Source of the DNA: an uncultured archaeon
GTDB lineage: Archaea; Asgardarchaeota; Thorarchaeia; Thorarchaeales; Thorarchaeaceae
Direction of reading: 5' to 3'
Assembly: GCA_964391265.1 (NCBI GenBank)
Contig: CAYMLT010000002.1
Coordinates: 1-35,448 of the forward strand
DNA length: 35,448 bases
Notes under the pieces: generated by a model
What the model saw: only the letters and a program-made list of their open reading frames with translations
What the model was told of the DNA's origin: nothing
Database searches by the model: none
Position numbers and translations under genes: made by a program
Part shown: positions 26,169-33,762 of the stretch, one piece after another
Layout: the number at the start of each line of letters is the position of its first letter
How positions within the stretch are numbered: the first letter of the stretch is position 1

Positions 26169-27035
26169 TCATTCCGTCAAATGGTTCATGATCTCATCCG
26201 CAGCTACACGGTTCATTGAGAGTCCAACTTCTTCATCGTCCATTCCCATAGCAAGACCTAGTATTTGTGGATACAATAAAACTGGAAGATTGTATTCTTC
26301 ACCATATGAGTCTTTGAGCCCCAACTGCTGCAAATCTAATTGATTTCCACATGCGGGACAGACTACAGTGGCAAACACTGCACCCGCTTCAGTCATGGAC
26401 TTCAACTTGTCGCGTGCCAATCTGATTGCTAAATCCTCATTAACTGGTAATACTGTTGCTCCACAGCATTGCTTCCATAATGGATAATCAATGACTGTGG
26501 CACCTGTTACTCTCACAAGTTCATCAAGTATCTCAGGAGAAAACTCAGTAACGTCCCCAGGTCTGAGAATATGACACCCATAATGAATGGCTATTCCCAC
26601 GCCATCCAAGGGTTTGGTGATTTTCTTTTGTATTTGCTCAATACCAATGTCTGAATAGAGCGCTTCCACGAAATGTCGTGGTTTAGCGGTGCCCTTGAAC
26701 TCTAGCCCTTCATTCTTCAGCACTTCATTGACTTTTTTCCTGTGCGACTCATCATGCTTGAGAAAATGATATACATCCTTCAACGACCCAAAACAACCAT
26801 TACAGGGAGTCAGAATATCATGACCATTCTTTTCTGCAATAGCTAATGTTCTTGCATTAACAGTTAACCAACCCATGTGATCAAATGCTCTAAGGTTTGG
26901 ACTGCCACAACAAGCTACGCCTTCCATATAATTGAGTTCCATTCCAAACTCATTGGCAACCTTGAGCATAGCAGCTTCATAATTAGGATAGTTGGCAGGT
27001 ACACTACAACCCATATAGAGATTATATGATGGCAT
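26169..27035 (-). CDS. hdrB: heterodisulfide reductase subunit B (two CCG domains)
   Basis: CCG motifs VACCGSP and KQCCGAT, plus CPACG. ATG 27035 is preferred because GGAGG lies ~9 nt upstream. The track start 27056 would overlap hdrC by 20 nt. Confidence 0.88.
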   Translation of the reverse strand: MPSYNLYMGCSVPANYPNYEAAMLKVANEFGMELNYMEGVACCGSPNLRAFDHMGWLTVNARTLAIAEKNGHDILTPCNGCFGSLKDVYHFLKHDESHRKKVNEVLKNEGLEFKGTAKPRHFVEALYSDIGIEQIQKKITKPLDGVGIAIHYGCHILRPGDVTEFSPEILDELVRVTGATVIDYPLWKQCCGATVLPVNEDLAIRLARDKLKSMTEAGAVFATVVCPACGNQLDLQQLGLKDSYGEEYNLPVLLYPQILGLAMGMDDEEVGLSMNRVAADEIMNHLTE

Positions 27036-27036
27036 C

Positions 27037-27579
27037 TTATTCTTCGCCTCCCACAATCTTTCCGGTTCTAGTGGCCTTGATTATCTTCTTGAACTCATCT
27101 GTTGAAAGACCTGGCACTGCGGGTTCAAGATCCATATCCTCTCTCTCCCAGTCTGCGGTAACCTCATAGAGTTGACCTTTTTCTATCAGTGTTTTTGCTA
27201 GGCCAACAATATTCTCGGGAATCTTACCCTCCTCTGCTGCCAAGTTCTTACAATCAAAGAAGATGTCAGTAACCCTCACTTTCTGGGGACATCGTTCCTG
27301 ACACTGGAAGCAAGTCAAGCATAGCCATATTTCGTCCGAGGATAATACTTCTTCACGCATTCCCAAGATTATCATCCGAATAAGCTGATGTGGCTTATAC
27401 TGCCAAACATTAGCGATAGGACATGCTGCAGTGCATGTGGAACATGCAAAACATGCCGTTAGCTCGTCGCCATTAGGCATGCTCTTTATCTCCCCCCCAA
27501 ATTTGGGATCGAGCTTAGACATGTCTATTGGGTCTACCAATACGGCTGGAGGGCCGTCCTTACCATCTACTTCGGTCAT
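27037..27579 (-). CDS. hdrC: heterodisulfide reductase subunit C (2x[4Fe-4S])
   Basis: 180-aa ORF with motifs CFACSTCTAACP and CLTCFQCQERCP. Confidence 0.85.
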   Translation of the reverse strand: MTEVDGKDGPPAVLVDPIDMSKLDPKFGGEIKSMPNGDELTACFACSTCTAACPIANVWQYKPHQLIRMIILGMREEVLSSDEIWLCLTCFQCQERCPQKVRVTDIFFDCKNLAAEEGKIPENIVGLAKTLIEKGQLYEVTADWEREDMDLEPAVPGLSTDEFKKIIKATRTGKIVGGEE

Positions 27580-27641
27580 GATTAATAACCACCAATGCTA
27601 TGACTGGCGAAGGGGCTAGATGCCACATCACAAATGAAGCC

Positions 27642-27651
27642 TATATTAAAA
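27642..27651 (-). promoter_or_regulatory. candidate TATA box (TTTTAATATA on the minus strand) for the hdr cluster
   Basis: AT-rich octamer about 65 nt upstream of the hdrC ATG, with GGTGG nearer the start codon. Position-based guess only. Confidence 0.25.
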
Positions 27652-27673
27652 GTTTGCAGAAGAAGACAATCTC

Positions 27674-27886
27674 CTACCAATCTTCAAGAGCTCTCTTTTG
27701 AATAAGTAGAAGAATACCAAAAACGCCTAGGATTACAGTAACATCGAAGACTAAAATATACAGAATCCCCATCTCGTTAAGAGGATGCATGAAATCACTA
27801 ACAAGAGTGATTGCAACACATATAATTCCTGCAATATAGAGAATCCACTCTCGCTCCGCTGTCATACGAATCAGACTGGTAGGCAT
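27674..27886 (-). CDS. hypothetical small 2-TM membrane protein
   Basis: 70-aa ORF with two clear hydrophobic helices. Confidence 0.4.
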   Translation of the reverse strand: MPTSLIRMTAEREWILYIAGIICVAITLVSDFMHPLNEMGILYILVFDVTVILGVFGILLLIQKRALEDW

Positions 27887-27915
27887 CCACTTAGAGCTTT
27901 CTATTGCCTGAAATC

Positions 27916-28248
27916 CTAGAGCCTCTCCATCTGCTCTGCAAGTTCATCTAATTCCTTGATCAGACTTTCATAGCTACAGTTTATCTGCTGCCTTATCTGC
28001 CCAAGTAGTTTTAGCACATACCCTTGAACATCTGTCGGTGAGCCCTGTAACGTAGTCAACATTGACTGTTTTCCATCCAACAAACGAAAAACGCCTGTAA
28101 GCGCTATAAGGATCTTTTCAAATTCTTCTTCGAAGGTTCTGTTATCCTTCTGAGTTAGATTCTTTATTGCATTCAAACGTGATTGAATATGCTCATCCAT
28201 TGGGTTCGGCCTCCTATTTTGTAGGAGATACTCTTGCAACTGTTCCAT
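27916..28248 (-). CDS. hypothetical helical protein
   Basis: 110-aa ORF directly downstream of the GINS gene. Its 5' end overlaps that gene by 35 nt, so the start may be ATG 28200. No recognised motif. Confidence 0.4.
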   Translation of the reverse strand: MEQLQEYLLQNRRPNPMDEHIQSRLNAIKNLTQKDNRTFEEEFEKILIALTGVFRLLDGKQSMLTTLQGSPTDVQGYVLKLLGQIRQQINCSYESLIKELDELAEQMERL

Positions 28249-28822
28249 CTCTCAGCCATACCTTTGCGTTTGCAGTAGGAATTGTAGCAACATCCTCTTC
28301 CTGAAAGGGTCCGTACACTGTTTCATCCAATCCCATAAAGGATTCTTCAACAGCTCTCAAGAATCGTACCATCACATATTCAATCTCTTCAGGATCAACC
28401 TCGAATTCTTTTTCTGGCTGACGCGTCTTCTCTGTTTTTTCTTTTCGTTTCATCGTGGGTGCCGGAGATCCCGCAATCACTTCGTCAATGAATTCAATAT
28501 GACTTGTAATTCCCCTTTGCATACGATTGTAGAATTCCTCCTCCGCCAAGGTCATTATCCCCTCGGGAGCTGTATTTTGCAGAACTGAGTTCATTATTTT
28601 TGTGCGTCTAAGCAGTAGAAGGTCGCGAAGCATATACTCTATGTTGAGTCCTTCTTGAGTGAGTAAATCCACCTGGATGACATTCTCAGATGGAGTTTCA
28701 GCCAATTGTTGTCGAACTGCTGATAGGTATGATACCATTTTACTTAGACGAAGGTCTTCGAAATCCTGAAGCCTTTTGCTATTCTTCTCATCTTCCCATG
28801 TTTTGCTTATCGCATCATACAT
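28214..28822 (-). CDS. GINS subunit (Gins51/Gins15-type), probable
   Basis: Start set at MYDAISKTWEDE (ATG 28822), 4 nt after the priS stop. Helical A-domain pattern (LTQEGLNIEYMLRDLLLLRRTKIMN), an acidic linker and a small C-terminal domain. The priS-gins15 linkage is known in archaea. Confidence 0.6.
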   Translation of the reverse strand: MYDAISKTWEDEKNSKRLQDFEDLRLSKMVSYLSAVRQQLAETPSENVIQVDLLTQEGLNIEYMLRDLLLLRRTKIMNSVLQNTAPEGIMTLAEEEFYNRMQRGITSHIEFIDEVIAGSPAPTMKRKEKTEKTRQPEKEFEVDPEEIEYVMVRFLRAVEESFMGLDETVYGPFQEEDVATIPTANAKVWLRDGTVARVSPTK

Positions 28823-28826
28823 AATA

Positions 28827-30218
28827 TTACTCAACTGTTGCCATCCCCTTGCATAATAGAAAGACTGCTGCCGCTTTAGGCAGGTCTTCAACGGTATTAT
28901 TGAACGGTCCATAATGCGCATCTGCAATTCTGAACTCTGGAACATCAATTGCTCTCTGTGGAATTGCTATTTTCATGGTGCCCTCATCAAATACAATTGC
29001 GTCGCTAAAAGGGTCAAAGTCAGAAAGTTCGTCACGTGAAATCTCATTTACCGTAAATCCAGTCTTACCATTTAGACTTCCAATCAATCTAATCACTCTA
29101 TGAATATCCGTCGTAACAGGTTGATCAATATCTACGCCGTACAGGATTGCAGCTTTATTCGCTATCTCTTGCCAGTATTTTGGACCCACTCCCTTTACTT
29201 TGGCATTAAGAATCGGCGGATTTTTCCTCAGTCCCTCAATTGCATCTTGCTTATGGATTAAAACTCGCTTGACCCATGGCTCCTCACCGGCATACAATTC
29301 AATAGTATCAATGAACTCAATCATTGCATCTGCAAGCTTTCTGGCAATCGCAGGAAGTTGCCAGTTTCTTAGCTCACCAGTAGGTACAATTCTCAGAAGG
29401 CCGTCCGATGTGATTGTACTATTCAATCCCATACCTGTCAAATAATGAGCAATTTCCATTCTAGCATTTGAGCTCAAATCGAAGACACTTGGGTCTCGTA
29501 CACGTACATGGTATCCCCGATGACCACTATAATTCAACTGGATGCGTTCAGGATCAATACCGAAGTGTTTCACAAGAAACTTATCGTACAGTTTTATTGT
29601 GTTCTCTCTTGATGCATTCAGACAATCATCGCAAATCCATTTGAGACTTCTAAACGATACACCGTTACAACTCGGACAATTCTCGGGTGCTTTTCCTTTT
29701 CCTGCTTGATTGCACTCGGTGTTACTGCATTGCCAAGCATCATGTTTGTTCGCACAGGGAATGTCTAGATGATCTGCATCAATATCAAACACAAGCTCGG
29801 CGCCATTCCATTCCTTTTCCGCCATTGAGCGGGCTACCGGCACTCTGTAGAATGCAGCCGAATGATACACGCTGTGAGGCACAGATCTAGCCAATTCACC
29901 CAATAGGTTATCTCGTGTCCGAAAGCCGATATGGCGTGACCATCTTGTTGTCTGCAATCCTTGGGCGCCACAGTGAGGACAAACATGAAGGTTGGAAAAT
30001 GACCTTCCATTTCTTCCACACCCTCTCTGAACTTCTGTTCCATCCTCTAGAGTTTCCATTCGTTTCTTACATACCCAGGAGAAATCCCAATTTTCCAGTC
30101 CAAACTCACGATTCTGAATCCTCTCAGGTATGTCAATCTTATCATGATTTGTTCGGTAGTACTCCTGAAACATTAGCTGTAACAGCTTTCTGGTGCGCGC
30201 TTTTTTATCTGGGGCCAT
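28827..30218 (-). CDS. priS: DNA primase small (catalytic) subunit PriS
   Basis: 463-aa ORF. Catalytic ELVFDIDADH, SGHRGYHVRV and RLIGSLNGKTG motifs. Cys clusters (CPHCG; CSNTEC...CPSC...CDDC) are consistent with zinc-binding modules. Confidence 0.9.
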   Translation of the reverse strand: MAPDKKARTRKLLQLMFQEYYRTNHDKIDIPERIQNREFGLENWDFSWVCKKRMETLEDGTEVQRGCGRNGRSFSNLHVCPHCGAQGLQTTRWSRHIGFRTRDNLLGELARSVPHSVYHSAAFYRVPVARSMAEKEWNGAELVFDIDADHLDIPCANKHDAWQCSNTECNQAGKGKAPENCPSCNGVSFRSLKWICDDCLNASRENTIKLYDKFLVKHFGIDPERIQLNYSGHRGYHVRVRDPSVFDLSSNARMEIAHYLTGMGLNSTITSDGLLRIVPTGELRNWQLPAIARKLADAMIEFIDTIELYAGEEPWVKRVLIHKQDAIEGLRKNPPILNAKVKGVGPKYWQEIANKAAILYGVDIDQPVTTDIHRVIRLIGSLNGKTGFTVNEISRDELSDFDPFSDAIVFDEGTMKIAIPQRAIDVPEFRIADAHYGPFNNTVEDLPKAAAVFLLCKGMATVE

Positions 30219-30241
30219 TCTCTGCCCTCAATGAATATCTG

Positions 30242-31009
30242 TTATTTCTCCCATCTCTGTTCGACAATGGGAGCTAGTATGAAGCTGATACGACCACTTT
30301 CAGCAATTCCAAACTCGACAATGATGGGTCTATCAGTACTGAAACTGAGCACCACACTATCTCCAGCCATTGCCTTGGCAATTTCGGCCAAGTAGCTCAA
30401 GGAGTATCTCGCGCGTGAGTTATTTTTCACCTTTAGATCAAAGAGGGCTGATTCCTCGTCTCCTTTCTTGAGAGAAACCTCTGCCTCTCCTGTATCCCCT
30501 TCACCTTGGAATGAAATTGAATTGGAATCAGAGGATATTCTAATATGATTTGAAACAACCCCAATGTCTTTCACAGCCTGCTTGAACGAATCCGCAAACA
30601 TCTCCGCTTTGGTGTCATGCGTCTTAAGGTCCGGTTCTTTACTCCTAGCTTCTGGTGGAGTAAGTAGCTGAAGATTGAATCGCCTTTCCGCTTGACCAAT
30701 CATCTTAATCTCAAAACGCTGATCTGTTGTGTTCAAGTTGAACTCTAAATGGTCATCGCCTGCCATTCTTTTACTTACTTTGACAAGATCATCTATGCTC
30801 AGGCAGACATCATGTTCGCCCTCTGATACGAACTCTTGGAATACACCTGCGGGAAGTTTGAGGTTTACCATTGCTGCTTTTGAAGAATCAAGCTGATTCA
30901 ATACTATACCAGTATCTGATATAATGAAATGAGCATCTGTTAGCAAAGTTGCCAGTGCATCAATAATCTGTTTCCAGGTTTTGGTGCTATCCAAGGTCGC
31001 ATGAAACAT
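30242..31009 (-). CDS. pcn: DNA polymerase sliding clamp PCNA
   Basis: 255-aa ORF. N-terminus FHATLDSTKTWKQIIDALATLLTDAHFIISDTGIVLNQLDSSKAAMV is typical of archaeal PCNA, as is the length. Confidence 0.9.
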   Translation of the reverse strand: MFHATLDSTKTWKQIIDALATLLTDAHFIISDTGIVLNQLDSSKAAMVNLKLPAGVFQEFVSEGEHDVCLSIDDLVKVSKRMAGDDHLEFNLNTTDQRFEIKMIGQAERRFNLQLLTPPEARSKEPDLKTHDTKAEMFADSFKQAVKDIGVVSNHIRISSDSNSISFQGEGDTGEAEVSLKKGDEESALFDLKVKNNSRARYSLSYLAEIAKAMAGDSVVLSFSTDRPIIVEFGIAESGRISFILAPIVEQRWEK

Positions 31010-31373
31010 TACATATCCTCCGAACTACATTTTCATCCTGCAAGTGCCTGATTAATCCTTTCTATTTAATGAGCCTAAGAAGCTTGCTCTCTTTTTCAGT
31101 GAGCGGAATGCCTTATAGATTATGCTTCTACTTATGATATAATCTCCCATCAATCCAATTAGTTCCTTTGCTAATGCTAATTTCATTTGTAAATTGACCT
31201 CTTACCTTCTCACATTTTACCAGTTGATGGTATTAAGATTCAAATCAAATCGCATCTGAAGACCGTGGTTGTCAAAGCCACACGATGTTAATAGAAAGAT
31301 TGAATATGCACCAAGAGTAGTTTTGTAAACACTCATTAAATCATCTCGAAAATGTGGTCGCGGGGAGAAAATA

Positions 31374-31905
31374 ATGCCTCGAGTAGATGTGCCATTTATC
31401 CAACAAAGAGGAAGTAATGACTGTCTAATCGCATGCATCATGATGATTTTGGAGTGGGCTAAAACTAAGTACAAAGATGTCGCACAATTCGAGTATGAAG
31501 AGCTTGAGAAAATTCTAGGAATGAATGTAAGTGGGACCAAATTTTGCGATGTAACCTAAGTTGAACAATGATAAACGAGTCAAAGATAGTGCATTTCAGC
31601 TTGAATTCTGTTGTGCCCCATCCTCTTTTGATTTCATTTTAGAGCAGATTAAACAAGGGCAGCCAGTTATTGTATTCCTTTTACATCATTCTTATGATAG
31701 CGAGATTAAGCATGCGGTGATTGTACATTCTATCTCTAAAGATAAAACAAAGATTGGCATATCGGACCCATTAAAGCACAAACCGATAGACAAATCAACG
31801 GGTACTTTTATGGAGGAGTGGGATAAGTTGCTTAGGTACACAATTTATGTAAAAGTAAATGAGTTTAAAGACCTTACAATGTATTTTGGAGCTGACAAAG
31901 AATGA
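31374..31905 (+). pseudogene. C39-like papain-fold cysteine peptidase split into two frames (frameshifted, or a two-piece gene)
   Basis: ORF 31374..31559 carries the Gln/Cys motif VPFIQQRGSNDCLIACIMMIL. ORF 31561..31905, in the +1 frame, carries the His/Asp motif KHAVIVHSISKDKTKIGISDP. The frames can only be joined within 31555..31559. Confidence 0.6.
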
Positions 31906-32843
31906 ACACTCATGAAAGCATAGTTAGCTATGTTATTGAGAATTATGGACATTTAATCCTCAGTGAAGATCCTGAGTATAATGAAGATCAAGATCTTTGG
32001 GTTTCTAAGCTTCGTTCCGATTATCCTATTCTTATACATGATGATAGAAAAGCAACAAAGTCACTTCGATTCATTAAGATTTCTTCCTTAGGTTATGTTG
32101 TGTTCAATAATCGAAATCAACTGGTAGGAAGCAAGACTACGTCGGATGAAGAAGTATCTTCAAGGATTGAAACATACTTGGACATGTGGAGAACATATGC
32201 CGAAAACATAGTAGTAGCAGCAGCAGCAGATAGAATTGGTCGATTAGTAGAAGTTTCCAATGCATTGAATCCAATATATGAGATAATCAATTTTGTATCT
32301 GATAGTAACTATATCAGTTTAAGCCACTTCGAGAAGGAACGCTCTGATAAGAAAAGGAAAGCAAAACAATACTTGATGATGTTAGAAGAGTTAGAACTAC
32401 TAAGAGAGCACGATGGCGGATACGTTCCTGGCAACTTATTTGTAGCTTTGAGAGAACAAACAGACAAGTTCGGACAATTTGCAGAGGCCGTATATGCGAC
32501 AATTCTGAAACGTAGATATTCATTCCTACGAAATGTACTGAATCTAAGCAATCTGGAAACAGTGATTCGAATTGCCAACATAGTTTACTATCCTGAATTA
32601 CATATGAAAGGACCTGTTCCCAGAAACCAAAAGACTCTTGTCAAGGAATTTGAGTTGGAGTATCGATGTGAAATTACAGAACCCAGAATGGGTGGATATC
32701 TCAGAAAGCTTGAGGAATTAGATGTAATTCGTATCAACTCTGGTTACTATCAAGGTGATGATCAGTTACGAGCGGATATGTTTGACATTCAGAAAAATTT
32801 TGTATCCCCCGAAACACTATGGTCAGTACCTTCACCAATTTAA
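31902..32843 (+). CDS. hypothetical protein with two winged-helix-like segments
   Basis: 313-aa ORF with an ATGA overlap onto the peptidase C-part. The segments KQYLMMLEELELLREHDGGYVPG and GGYLRKLEELDVIRINSGYYQG resemble wHTH recognition units. No family assignment. Confidence 0.55.
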   Translation: MNTHESIVSYVIENYGHLILSEDPEYNEDQDLWVSKLRSDYPILIHDDRKATKSLRFIKISSLGYVVFNNRNQLVGSKTTSDEEVSSRIETYLDMWRTYAENIVVAAAADRIGRLVEVSNALNPIYEIINFVSDSNYISLSHFEKERSDKKRKAKQYLMMLEELELLREHDGGYVPGNLFVALREQTDKFGQFAEAVYATILKRRYSFLRNVLNLSNLETVIRIANIVYYPELHMKGPVPRNQKTLVKEFELEYRCEITEPRMGGYLRKLEELDVIRINSGYYQGDDQLRADMFDIQKNFVSPETLWSVPSPI

Positions 32844-32952
32844 CTCCGGATTTCCATCAGGCTCACAAAGGTTATGTCAGATAAATAGGAAAGTCACCAT
32901 CATTATATTATCCATTGATTCAGAAAATCAAGAGCCTTTGCCATTGAAACTC

Positions 32953-32980
32953 GTGAGTTCGAATATCATTCTCGGTACCA
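32953..32980 (+). repeat. degenerate intron-less tRNA 3'-end-like fragment (T arm + acceptor 3' strand + CCA)
   Basis: GTGAGTTCGAATATCATTCTCGGTACCA matches the spliced 3' end of the window's tRNA-Ser (ATGAGTTCAAATCTCATCCTCGGCGCCA) at 22 of 28 positions. No matching 5' acceptor strand (ACCGAGA) was found upstream. Confidence 0.5.
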
Positions 32981-33040
32981 TCTAAAATATTCGGAATGTA
33001 GCTTCGTATATCAAAGCATAGAGCCCTGAAGAGTTACTTT

Positions 33041-33505
33041 TCAGTTCTTCAAATCTTGGGAGCATATTCCATCAGGGTACTTCCGTATTTCAAATACTAG
33101 TGGCTTGGGAAAGGGATACAGAAACATGGCGAGGTCTCGAAGGCGTGCGCCAGCATAGTTCAGAAGAGCATTTAGTGGTCCAACTGATCCTTCAAGCCAG
33201 CTATAGACTCGTTTGGATTCCTTACTCCCCATCTGTCTAGCAGTTGTCCAGCTATACTTGAGAAATTGTCCCCGCATATTCGGTTCTGCATTCTGTACAA
33301 CCGAGAAATCGGTCAGATTAGAGATTTTTTGTACACTCAGAGAATCTCTAACATAGGTCCACATCTTGTTAATACTCTGATAGAATCGACGAGTTTTCTT
33401 GCTTGCTCTATCTCGAGAAATCCGAACTAATGCGACAAGACCCATGTACACTGCAGTACTGATAATTGCACTTGGAGTGCGTACCTTACCTTTGCTACCC
33501 CTCAT
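33041..33505 (-). CDS. hypothetical protein
   Basis: 154-aa ORF divergent from tnpB. It contains no histidine, so no HUH motif, and no recombinase motif was recognised. Confidence 0.4.
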   Translation of the reverse strand: MRGSKGKVRTPSAIISTAVYMGLVALVRISRDRASKKTRRFYQSINKMWTYVRDSLSVQKISNLTDFSVVQNAEPNMRGQFLKYSWTTARQMGSKESKRVYSWLEGSVGPLNALLNYAGARLRDLAMFLYPFPKPLVFEIRKYPDGICSQDLKN

Positions 33506-33762
33506 TAAGGTTATTTGTTAACTAATCACTTATCAATGATATTAAATTTCGTAGGTAAATAAAATTTCTATTAAGTCCTTATTTATAAATTAGAGATATA
33601 TGAAAAGCCAAAATCAAAAATAAAGCGATTTATCTTATTAAATTTATATACCTATTTACTGAGTAAATGTACGAGTAAATAACCAATCTTGGGAACAAGA
33701 AGGGGAGTGAACTCAACTGGCCAGAAACTTGGTCAGAAATTTATATACAAAAAGCGATTACT

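Noticed and set aside
29796-29812. 13-nt match (CTCGGCGCCATTC) to the tRNA-derived repeat inside priS.
   Set aside because: It encodes the conserved primase peptide W-N-G-A-E next to the catalytic DxD motif. There is no flanking similarity to the repeat unit, so it is most simply a coding coincidence.
31217-31540. 107-aa minus-strand ORF overlapping the peptidase N-part.
   Set aside because: The plus-strand frame carries a clear C39-type Gln/Cys motif and a GGGGAG tract before its ATG. The minus-strand ORF has no support.
33041-33505. 154-aa ORF divergent from tnpB, considered as the partner transposase (Y1 HUH TnpA or IS607-type serine recombinase) or as a Cas1-like fragment (LNALLNYAGARL).
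   Set aside because: The protein contains no histidine at all, so no HUH motif. It has no convincing catalytic Ser/Tyr context, and the Cas1-like string is isolated. Left as hypothetical.
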